From IMG/VR virus record IMGVR_UViG_3300036851_000548, positions 1 through 63,719 of that record: 63,719 nucleotides of DNA. One strand, given 5' to 3'. The notes under the pieces were generated by a model. That model searched no databases and was not told where the DNA came from. It saw only the letters and a list, made by a program, of their open reading frames with translations. Made by a program: the position numbers and the translations under genes. This DNA is from a virus. Taxonomy: Duplodnaviria > Caudoviricetes. Below, in pieces: positions 1-7,839 of this stretch. Within the stretch, counting starts at the first letter, position 1. Each line of letters starts with the position of its first letter.

Positions 1-9
1 GGTGCCCAT
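1..9 (-). CDS. 5' start of a gene running off the left edge (MGT...), product unknown
   Basis: ATG at 9-7 preceded by GAGGAGG RBS (17-23) and a consensus promoter. Confidence 0.6.
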
Positions 10-48
10 ATCGTTTCCTCCTCGTTCGGTTACGGCGAACATGTCCAT

Positions 49-77
49 ATATTAGACGGAGGCGGTGCGGCTGTCAA
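49..77 (-). promoter_or_regulatory. sigma70/SigA-type consensus promoter
   Basis: TTGACA (77-72), 17 nt spacer, TAATAT (54-49) in an AT-rich gap. Confidence 0.85.
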
Positions 78-106
78 GTTTTTGGACGGCGGGATTTTCC
101 CCCCTA

Positions 107-769
107 TCAGGGGCCGACCTCCCAGTCGATCGTGAGGGGGTCGCAGTCGGGGTGGATCATGCAGGCCGCGACGCGCGAGCGGTCGGTGCCGCCTCGGGCG
201 CGGCGGCCGATCAGCGACGGGACGACGTCCTCGTGCTCGACGAGGGACGGCACGGACGCGAGTGGCCGGATCTTCTCGCGGCGGAGCCAGCGGCCGGCGA
301 TCTCGTCGTCGGCGCGGAACGTGTCGGGCCAGTTCTGCGCGTCGACGTAGCCGAGGAACGGCTCGATGTACGCGACCGGCCAGCAGGTCGCGATGACGGG
401 GCACCAGCGCATGTGGTCGAGTTCGGCCCACGACCAGTCCCGTTCGCAGGCGCGGTAGACGGCGCGGGCGTGTTCGGCGGGGAGGCCGCCGACGAAGAAC
501 ACGGTCAGCCAGTCGGGGCGGGCGGCGACGGCGGCGCGGACGACCTTGTCGAAGTCGCGGCAGAGGGTGACGTCGTCCTGCAGCACCAGCCGGTTGGTCG
601 CGCCGGGCGGCGTCTGCTCCAGGGCGCGGCGGTAGGTCCGCCACGGCGACCGGATCCCGCCCGGGTCGGGGTCGACGATGAGGTCGGGGGCGGTCAGCTG
701 CGCGGCGAGCGCGGCCGCCATGCCTGCTCGGATCGGGTGCGTCTGGATGGCGATGCTTACCTGCGTCAT
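107..769 (-). CDS. glycosyltransferase-like protein (GT-A fold)
   Basis: LVLQDD acidic motif and PSLVEH C-terminal motif typical of phage GT-A enzymes; ATGA overlap with upstream gene. Confidence 0.65.
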   Translation of the reverse strand: MTQVSIAIQTHPIRAGMAAALAAQLTAPDLIVDPDPGGIRSPWRTYRRALEQTPPGATNRLVLQDDVTLCRDFDKVVRAAVAARPDWLTVFFVGGLPAEHARAVYRACERDWSWAELDHMRWCPVIATCWPVAYIEPFLGYVDAQNWPDTFRADDEIAGRWLRREKIRPLASVPSLVEHEDVVPSLIGRRARGGTDRSRVAACMIHPDCDPLTIDWEVGP

Positions 770-1650
770 AGGAGTCCGAGCGTGCGGAGTATCGCGATCT
801 CGTCGTCCTCGCGCGGCGGCGGGGCGGCGTGCGCGAGCAGTCCGTGCAGGCGCTTCGCCTCCGCGACGACCCCTGCCGTCACCACCGCCGTGGTCGCTGG
901 CTTCGCGACCGAGGGCGGCGCGTAGTCGAACTCCCCGGCGACCCCGGTCTCGACGACGAGGGGGTCCGCGTTCCGGAGCGCCTCGTCCAGTTCGGCGGGG
1001 ATCCCCGTGAACCGCCGCTTGGCCGCGGTCTGCGGGAGCGCCGCGTTGGCCTCCTCCGCGTAGGACCCGCCGACGGCCTTCGCGGCGCGGGCGGCCAGCG
1101 GCGCGTCGAGGTCGAGCGCGACGCCCGTACGCGCAACCTTCGCGCCGGTCGAGGCGAGGGCGGCGTCCGCCTCCCCCGACGCTGCCGTCGTGGAGGCGTG
1201 GGCCGCAGCCGACGCGGGCGCGCCGTCGGTCTCGCCGGGGATGCCGGTGGTGACACGCTTGGGGAGCACGGCCGCGAGCGCGGAGTCCTGTTCCTCCGCG
1301 AACCCGGTCGCGGCGAGCTTGGCGGCGCTGGCGGCGGGTGCCATGTCGGTCTCGGCTGCGATCCCCGTGCGGACGGCGCGGCTTCCAAGCGGCGCATCCG
1401 TCTCGGCTGCGATCCCCGTCTGCCTTGCGTGGGCGACTGACGAGGCGGGTGCGGCGTCGCTCTCCTGCGCGACCCCGGTCGAGAGGCGCCGCGCCGCACT
1501 TGAAGTTAGGGCGGCGGCGGTCTCGGAGCCGATGCCGGTCTGACGGGCGTGCTGCGCGCGGGAGACGAGAGCGCTATCGGTCTCGGCTGCGATGCCGGTC
1601 ACGACAGTCTGGCCGCCACCGGCCTGCGGCCAGAAGAAGAGCACGCTCAC
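766..1650 (-). CDS. Ala/Thr-rich repeat protein, probable virion fibre or decoration
   Basis: about 12 copies of a ~21-aa TGxAxE(T/S)DxAL/P repeat; located after the head genes. Confidence 0.65.
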   Translation of the reverse strand: MSVLFFWPQAGGGQTVVTGIAAETDSALVSRAQHARQTGIGSETAAALTSSAARRLSTGVAQESDAAPASSVAHARQTGIAAETDAPLGSRAVRTGIAAETDMAPAASAAKLAATGFAEEQDSALAAVLPKRVTTGIPGETDGAPASAAAHASTTAASGEADAALASTGAKVARTGVALDLDAPLAARAAKAVGGSYAEEANAALPQTAAKRRFTGIPAELDEALRNADPLVVETGVAGEFDYAPPSVAKPATTAVVTAGVVAEAKRLHGLLAHAAPPPREDDEIAILRTLGLL

Positions 1651-1653
1651 GGA

Positions 1654-2097
1654 CTACCCCTCGACGTTCGCCTTGGCGAGATCGAGATGGTGGCGCGCGT
1701 CGGCGGGGCCTCGGGCGTAGGTCTCGACCCGGCGCCTCGCATCGTCGACGAGGCGCTCCTGCCTCGCGATCATATGCTGTTCCTCGTCGCCGCCGCGAAG
1801 TCGTTCGGCCTCGCCCTCTGCCGCGGCGAGCGCGATCTCGGCGTTCCTGAGCAGGGTGTCGGCGCGCTCGACCTCGCGCTCGGCTGCCGCGACCTGTTCG
1901 ATCCGGAACGTCTCCCACTCCTCGTCGAGCTGCTCCCGCAAGCAGGAGGCGTGGTTATCGGCTGCAAGGATCGCCGCGGAGCGCGGCGTCTTCGCGCGAT
2001 TCCACGGCACGGCCTCGTCGACCACGCCGTGCTCGGGGCACTCGATGGTGACCCACCACTGGCCTTCGGCCTGGTCCAGGTGGACGCGATCGCTCAT
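1654..2097 (-). CDS. hypothetical coiled-coil protein
   Basis: ATGA overlap; Glu/Ala/Arg helical C-terminus. Confidence 0.6.
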   Translation of the reverse strand: MSDRVHLDQAEGQWWVTIECPEHGVVDEAVPWNRAKTPRSAAILAADNHASCLREQLDEEWETFRIEQVAAAEREVERADTLLRNAEIALAAAEGEAERLRGGDEEQHMIARQERLVDDARRRVETYARGPADARHHLDLAKANVEG

Positions 2098-2825
2098 TCG
2101 AGGGTCACCACCAGCAGGACGCCCCACACACCGACGGTGCTCGCCGTGATCTGGATCATCCTCACGCCGTCGCCCTCCGGCAGGACGATCTCCTGGATGC
2201 TCGGGCCTTCAGGAACCCAGTTGATCATCGCCATCAGCGCCGCGCCGGGACGCGTCTCCTCCGGGTCGACCGCGACCCCGAACAGGGTGAAGTCCTTCGT
2301 GGCCCCGCCCGTCGCGGCGTGGCGGCACGTGATCTGCGCCGGGATCGCTGCGTTCGCCGGGTCCGCTGGTCGGCCGGTGACCGCTGTGCCCCCGGTCCCG
2401 ACGGCGGAGGTGAGGTCGACGTCGAAGAGGTGCCCGACCCCCGTGATCGCGGCCATGTTGTGCTGCAGGAACAGCCTCTTGACGCGGACTGTCTTGCCGC
2501 TACCGGCGCCGTTGAACAGGTCGATGACGATCTCGTTCTGCGCCCCGGCGTCGTACGGCGACCAGTAGTAGTACGTCGGAAGCGTGTCGTAGATGTGGCC
2601 CGACGAGGCCGCGAGCATCACGACCTGGTGTTCCTTGCCGTTCGCGAGCTGAGTCGCGACGGTCGCGCCGGAGCCGGGGGTGACGAGGACGCTGTCGTTC
2701 GCGAAGCTGCCGACCAGGCCCGGCGCCTGCTCGGCCATCCTGATCAGGTCCCGGACGTGCTCTTCTTCCTCGGCGCGTTCCGCTTCCGGCCTGCCGGTCT
2801 TCGGGTCGAGGAGGACGCCGCGCAC
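2094..2825 (-). CDS. putative virion structural protein (beta-rich)
   Basis: Gly/Thr/Val-rich, high GC3, lies among structural genes; start codon estimated. Confidence 0.55.
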   Translation of the reverse strand: MRGVLLDPKTGRPEAERAEEEEHVRDLIRMAEQAPGLVGSFANDSVLVTPGSGATVATQLANGKEHQVVMLAASSGHIYDTLPTYYYWSPYDAGAQNEIVIDLFNGAGSGKTVRVKRLFLQHNMAAITGVGHLFDVDLTSAVGTGGTAVTGRPADPANAAIPAQITCRHAATGGATKDFTLFGVAVDPEETRPGAALMAMINWVPEGPSIQEIVLPEGDGVRMIQITASTVGVWGVLLVVTLE

Positions 2826-2833
2826 GCGTGCGC

Positions 2834-3316
2834 CTAGCTGGCTGTCGCTCGGAAGAACCCGGACGCGTTCAGCTGCCAGATGATGTCGGTGCCGTCCGGG
2901 GTCACCGCGAAGTCGAGGCCGACGAGCGGGACGATCGTCGCGTCGGTTCCGACCGTGGTGTCCGGGTCGTAGCAGACGAGCAGCTTCCCCCACGCGCCCC
3001 CGGCGGCCGCGACGGCCGCCCAAGTCTGGTCTGGCATGTCGACCTCTGACTTGTCCGATCCGTCGGTGACGGTGATCACGATCCCGCCTGCCTGGTCGAT
3101 CACCTTGCGGGCGTAGCCGGTGTTCGTCGCCTCGTCGTTGGCTGCGGCGAGCAGGTCTGCGAGCGTGTCGTAGTCGCGGAGCGTCGCGTCGGGTTCGATC
3201 CCGGCGGCCTTGAGGATCACGATGACGAGCGCGGAGTTCGCCGGGTCGTTCGCGTTCACGCGTGCAGCGAGTTCGGAGACCCGGCCGGTCGCGATCGTGA
3301 AGACGAAGTCAGACAT
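2834..3316 (-). CDS. putative virion structural protein
   Basis: ATNTGYARK...VTPDGTDI sequence typical of actinophage minor structural proteins. Confidence 0.6.
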   Translation of the reverse strand: MSDFVFTIATGRVSELAARVNANDPANSALVIVILKAAGIEPDATLRDYDTLADLLAAANDEATNTGYARKVIDQAGGIVITVTDGSDKSEVDMPDQTWAAVAAAGGAWGKLLVCYDPDTTVGTDATIVPLVGLDFAVTPDGTDIIWQLNASGFFRATAS

Positions 3317-5321
3317 CGGTCACGTCCTCCTGCGTGTAGAGCGTCGACCCGTCCTCTAGCTTCTCTACGCGGACGACGCGCGGCTTCGGTGCCTCGATCG
3401 AGGCCGTGACGTGGACGGGGGCGGGCGGCTGCGCTGGCACCTCGTTGCGGACGATGACCTGCGCCTCTGACGGCGCGACCGTTATGGCCGGTGGCGGCTG
3501 CGCCGGTACGTTGACCGAAATCTGCGCGGGCGCCTGCGCGGGCACGTCGATCAGCGGCTCGACGCGGATCGCGCCGTCCGCGAGCGTGATGGGCGCGTCG
3601 ACGACGAGCGTGTCCGGCCCCTGACGCGCGACCGTGATGCCGGGCAGGTGGACGTTGAACGTCGGCGCGGGGTCGGCGGGCCTGCGTGCGAACTGTTCGA
3701 TCACGTCGAGCGCGCGGTGCGCGAACGCCGCGTCCTGCGACACAGGCTGCGCCGAGGCGGGCGGATCCGGGTCGGCCGGGATCTCGCCGAGCGGCTCCGC
3801 GGCGAGGGCGAGCACCTCGGCGAGCGCGGCGGCCTCGTCGGGGTCCCCGAGCGCGGCCGACCTGTAGACGACCTCCCACTCGTCGCCCTCGGGGAGCGCG
3901 GCCTCAGCCGAGGCTTCGACCCACTCGACGCCGTCGATGGCGAGGAACGCGGCGACGGCCGCGTCGTACTCGTCGTCGGTCGTCCAGTCGGCGGAGACCC
4001 AGGCGACGACGCCCTCGTCGGCGTTCCAGGCGGTGTCGCCGTAGCCGCCGTCCGGGGCGTGCATGGCGGCGACCTCGCCGATCTCGCGTCCCTTCGCGGT
4101 CTCCGCGACGACCGCCCCGGCGGTCAGCGACGCCGCCAGGTCTCGGGCGTCCTCCGGCTCGGGGTCGTCGGGCTGGTCGCGCTCGGGGAGCGGGTCCTCC
4201 TGGTCGCCCCGGAGCGCGTACATCTCCGCGACCGTCATCGGCACCTCGACGTCGCGGCCGAGCCACGCGGACGCCTCGTCCGGATCGAACGGCCCGAACG
4301 TCAGCTGCGACGCGCACCGGCCGGGGCGGCGGACAGCGGGCGTCAGCTCGCCGAGCTCGTCGTTCGTGGTGACGAGGCAGAGGACGCGGAGGCCCTGCCC
4401 GATCATCCCGTCGACGACGTTCAGGAGCCGGGAGAGGCCCTGCCCGTACTTCTCCTTCGCGTTCACGCTGAGGAGCTCGCCGGTGTCCTCCAGGATCAGC
4501 ACCCGCCACTTCCCCTCGGCGGCCTGCTCCTGGTAGACGTCGCCGGTCGTTGGCTCCATCACGTCGTAGGAGTCCGCGAGCAGCACGTCGATCATGTACG
4601 ACGGGTTGTCGACGAAGAACGAGTCCGGGTCTGTGATGTAGTGGAACTCCGCCCACGGCGCCCACTCGGACGCGAGCGCACGCAGCGCCCACGTCTTCCC
4701 CGTCCCCGGCGGGCCCTGCCAGAGCATCAGCTGCCCGTCGGCGCCGGGGCCGTCGTGCCACGCCATCACGCCGTCGAGTTCGCCGCGCACCTCAGCGGTG
4801 TAGTTCGAGGCGATCGGCTCCCACGGGGACGCGTCGATGCGGCGCAGCCGCGACTGCGGCCCGAACGGACCCATCGACCAGAAGGTGATCGCGACCCGCT
4901 CGTCCTCGATGTCGGAGAGGTACGAGGCGGGGTACCCGGCCCGGAACGCGGAGCAGGCGGCGTACGCGGCGGCGAGGTCGCGCGACGCGGCCTGGACGCT
5001 GAACCAGCCGCCGTGCAGGGACGCGTACGCGATCGTGCCGTCGTCGAGCCGCCAGATGGCGCAGTGGGAGCCGTCGTGGAACTCGGCCCCCGCCCCGTCG
5101 AGCGCGGCGACCTCGCACGGCCACTGCTCGGAGGCGAACTCCGTCAGCCCGGCGGCCAGCGCGGACTCGTAGAAGTGGCGCAGCGCGGGCGGCCCCTGCG
5201 TCATCTCGTAGGTGGCGAGGAGCGGGGCCGCGGCGGCGGTCAGCGACGACCGGAGTCCGCGGCGGCGGTCGGCCTCGCTGCGCGGGCGCCTGCGCGTCCC
5301 GGCGGTGACGGCGTGCCGCAC
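3309..5321 (-). CDS. AAA+ ATPase with acidic and Pro-rich C-terminal extension
   Basis: Walker A GPPGTGKT, Walker B LILED, sensor TTN, arginine finger RPGR; GTG start 2 nt after the protease stop. Confidence 0.8.
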   Translation of the reverse strand: MRHAVTAGTRRRPRSEADRRRGLRSSLTAAAAPLLATYEMTQGPPALRHFYESALAAGLTEFASEQWPCEVAALDGAGAEFHDGSHCAIWRLDDGTIAYASLHGGWFSVQAASRDLAAAYAACSAFRAGYPASYLSDIEDERVAITFWSMGPFGPQSRLRRIDASPWEPIASNYTAEVRGELDGVMAWHDGPGADGQLMLWQGPPGTGKTWALRALASEWAPWAEFHYITDPDSFFVDNPSYMIDVLLADSYDVMEPTTGDVYQEQAAEGKWRVLILEDTGELLSVNAKEKYGQGLSRLLNVVDGMIGQGLRVLCLVTTNDELGELTPAVRRPGRCASQLTFGPFDPDEASAWLGRDVEVPMTVAEMYALRGDQEDPLPERDQPDDPEPEDARDLAASLTAGAVVAETAKGREIGEVAAMHAPDGGYGDTAWNADEGVVAWVSADWTTDDEYDAAVAAFLAIDGVEWVEASAEAALPEGDEWEVVYRSAALGDPDEAAALAEVLALAAEPLGEIPADPDPPASAQPVSQDAAFAHRALDVIEQFARRPADPAPTFNVHLPGITVARQGPDTLVVDAPITLADGAIRVEPLIDVPAQAPAQISVNVPAQPPPAITVAPSEAQVIVRNEVPAQPPAPVHVTASIEAPKPRVVRVEKLEDGSTLYTQEDVTDV

Positions 5322-5323
5322 GG

Positions 5324-7780
5324 CTAACCGGCCACCCGGGCGGCGAGCGCCGCGACCCGCCCGTCGGCGGCGGCGCGAAGCGCGTCGATCCGGACGAGGT
5401 CTTCCTCGCTCAGGTGCTGCTCCTCGACGTGGATCCCGGCGGCGACGAGCGCGAGCACCTCCGCGCCCTCGTCCCCGGCCGCGACGAGCGCGCGGGCGCG
5501 CGGGACGGGGAACCCGGGGACGTTGACGGCGAGCAGCGCGACGAGCTCCAGGTTGCCGTCGACGTTCCGCCAGTCGCCGGAGAGGACGGCTCCGCGCAGG
5601 TCGCGGGCCTTCTCCGCGTCGATGTCGGGGCGGAGCGCCCCGGCGACCCAGATGCCGTGCTCGTCCTCGCCCACGGTCACGTCCGCGGCTGCGGTGCCGG
5701 TGTGGTCGTAGTGGGCGGTCGCGGCCTCGCTGCGGAGCCGCCGGTCGGCGTGCCCGGTGTCGAGCGTGATCGTGCCGCAGGGAACGGACTCGCCGCCCTC
5801 GCACTCGACCGCCTTCAGGAGGAAGTACGCGTAGTCGGTCTCGGACGTCGGCGCGGTCGTGCACACGTCGGGGATCCCGATGTGGCAGGTGTCCCAGGCG
5901 GCGGCGTGTCCGAACACCCGGCCGTCCTCGGTGACCGTCAGCGGCGACAGCCCCTCGAACGCGGGGTCCGCGAACCACTCGGCGGGGGGCCTGACCGGCG
6001 CGAGACCGGCGACGGACGCCGTCAGCGGCCCCGGATCCCCGGCGCGAGCGGCGACGCACGTGAACCCGGCCTGCTGCGTGACCGTGCAGATGGCCGGGCT
6101 GGCGGCGGAGACGAGCGACGCGGCCAGCTCGATCGTCGCGTCCGCGAACGCCTGGAACGGGCACACCGTGGTCGCGCCGATGACCGCCTCCGTGATGACG
6201 AAGATGGTGTCGTCGGCCTCGCCGCCGAAGAGGATGTCGAGCAGCGTCGGCTCCTCCTCGTCGGCGGACATCTCGCGGGGCGCCCAGTTGCCGTCCTCGT
6301 CGAACCAGTCGGCGCGCGGGCCGACCTCGTACTTGTGGATGGCGAGGTCGACGCTGACGCCGCGGAGGGTGCCCTCGCCGACCATGCGGGCGATCTCCCG
6401 GCCGTACTCGGCGTCGTCGAAGATCCCGGACGCGCGGACCATGTTCCCCTCCCGCCAGATCTCGTCGATGCGCCCGGCGACGAGCGCGCCGTTGTGGCCG
6501 CCCTCGGTCGTCTCGACCATCGCCATCAGCGTCAGCGGCAGCTCGCGCCACGTCAGCGCGCCCGGCGCGATGGCGCGTCCGTCGTCGGTCAGCGCCGCCT
6601 CGGGCACGATCGACGCGGTCCAGCGGACGGCCGCGAGGTCGGCGCCGGTGCGCTGCGCGGGCACGGGGACGTCGGGGGACGGGTTCGGGGAGGGCAGCGT
6701 CTCGCCGGGCGCGAGCTCGTCGGGCAGCACGACCTCGAACGTCTCGGGGACCCGGGGCAGTTCGATCGTGGAGGTGTCGACCTCGATCGTGAAGTCCTGG
6801 AGGCTCGCGCGGATCGCGGCCGCCAGCACCCCGCCGTCGGTGGTGTCGACCGGCGCGCCGCCGAGGGTGACCCCGGCGAGGAACTCCTCGACGCTCGCGG
6901 GGGCGATCGTGAACGTCAGCCTCTCCGGCGGGGCGAGCGTGAGTTCGACGCGCGGGTCGGCGGGCGTCGAGTCCTCGGTCGCCATCTCGGAGTAGCCGCC
7001 GCAGGAGCAGGTGCCGCGGCCGTCCTCGTGGCTGCACGGCCCGTCGGCGCCGGTGTGCTCGTCGAGGCTGTGCCCGCAGGAGCACTTCGGGTTGTGGAGC
7101 AGCGCTTCGGTGACCGCCGCGAGCGCGGCCCTCTCAGAGGTCGCGAACCCGTCCGCGAACGCCTCCCCGACCGCTTCCCCGGCCAGCGTGGCCTCGATCT
7201 CCTTGGCGCGGCGGGCGAACTCGGCCTGCTCCGCGCCGATCTCGTGGTCGGTCTCCCCGATGCCGGGTCCGAGTTCGGCCCGAGCGAGGAGCACGGCCGC
7301 GGCGCTGAGACCGATGGCCGCGGCGGCGGCCTCGTCCTCGGCGGACGCCTCCCACGGCGGCTTGATGCCGTCGTCGCCGTACTTCTTCGCGGCCTTGCGG
7401 TAGTAGGAGGCGATCCTCGACTTGACCCCGGAGACGTCGGCGGAGGGGATGCTGACCCCGCCGCGAGCGCCCTGCACGGCACCGGCCGCGGCGGTGACGC
7501 CCTTCCAGACGGCGGTGAGCGTCCCCCCGCTGTTCGAGGCGAACGGGAGCTTGTACGACGACAGCGCGTCCGCGTCTCCGTCCGGGTCGCGCCAGAAGTG
7601 CGCCTTTCCGTACTGGCCCTCCGACAGGCTCTTCTTGGCGGCCGACGCGTCCCATGACGCGTCGCGGTCCGACAGCGGCAGGCTAGTGGATCCCGAGGCT
7701 GCGGCGGTGAGGGTGTCGCCCTTCTCCAGGGCCTCGCGCTCTGCCCGGCGGCGGGCGAGGCGGCGGTCGCGTGCGTTCAT
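5324..7780 (-). CDS. capsid maturation protease / scaffold fusion
   Basis: GRIDEIWREG, GVSVD, GRVFGH, HYD, SGDWR and LAVNVPGFP motifs of actinophage prohead proteases; GAAGGAG RBS; follows portal and MuF. Confidence 0.75.
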   Translation of the reverse strand: MNARDRRLARRRAEREALEKGDTLTAAASGSTSLPLSDRDASWDASAAKKSLSEGQYGKAHFWRDPDGDADALSSYKLPFASNSGGTLTAVWKGVTAAAGAVQGARGGVSIPSADVSGVKSRIASYYRKAAKKYGDDGIKPPWEASAEDEAAAAAIGLSAAAVLLARAELGPGIGETDHEIGAEQAEFARRAKEIEATLAGEAVGEAFADGFATSERAALAAVTEALLHNPKCSCGHSLDEHTGADGPCSHEDGRGTCSCGGYSEMATEDSTPADPRVELTLAPPERLTFTIAPASVEEFLAGVTLGGAPVDTTDGGVLAAAIRASLQDFTIEVDTSTIELPRVPETFEVVLPDELAPGETLPSPNPSPDVPVPAQRTGADLAAVRWTASIVPEAALTDDGRAIAPGALTWRELPLTLMAMVETTEGGHNGALVAGRIDEIWREGNMVRASGIFDDAEYGREIARMVGEGTLRGVSVDLAIHKYEVGPRADWFDEDGNWAPREMSADEEEPTLLDILFGGEADDTIFVITEAVIGATTVCPFQAFADATIELAASLVSAASPAICTVTQQAGFTCVAARAGDPGPLTASVAGLAPVRPPAEWFADPAFEGLSPLTVTEDGRVFGHAAAWDTCHIGIPDVCTTAPTSETDYAYFLLKAVECEGGESVPCGTITLDTGHADRRLRSEAATAHYDHTGTAAADVTVGEDEHGIWVAGALRPDIDAEKARDLRGAVLSGDWRNVDGNLELVALLAVNVPGFPVPRARALVAAGDEGAEVLALVAAGIHVEEQHLSEEDLVRIDALRAAADGRVAALAARVAG

Positions 7781-7839
7781 GGTGCTCCTTCTGCAGGAGG
7801 GGGGAACGTATCGAGGCGGAACGCTAGCGCGGGGGGCGG

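Noticed and set aside
766-1650. Periodic DNA repeats (e.g. GTCTCGGCTGCGAT) as a CRISPR array
   Set aside because: The repeats are degenerate, in frame and encode a protein repeat; no cas genes are present.
5322-7085. 1258-aa ORF 3309-7085 as a single giant protein
   Set aside because: The N-terminal ~590 aa are Arg-rich off-frame read-through of the protease gene; the plausible start is GTG 5321.
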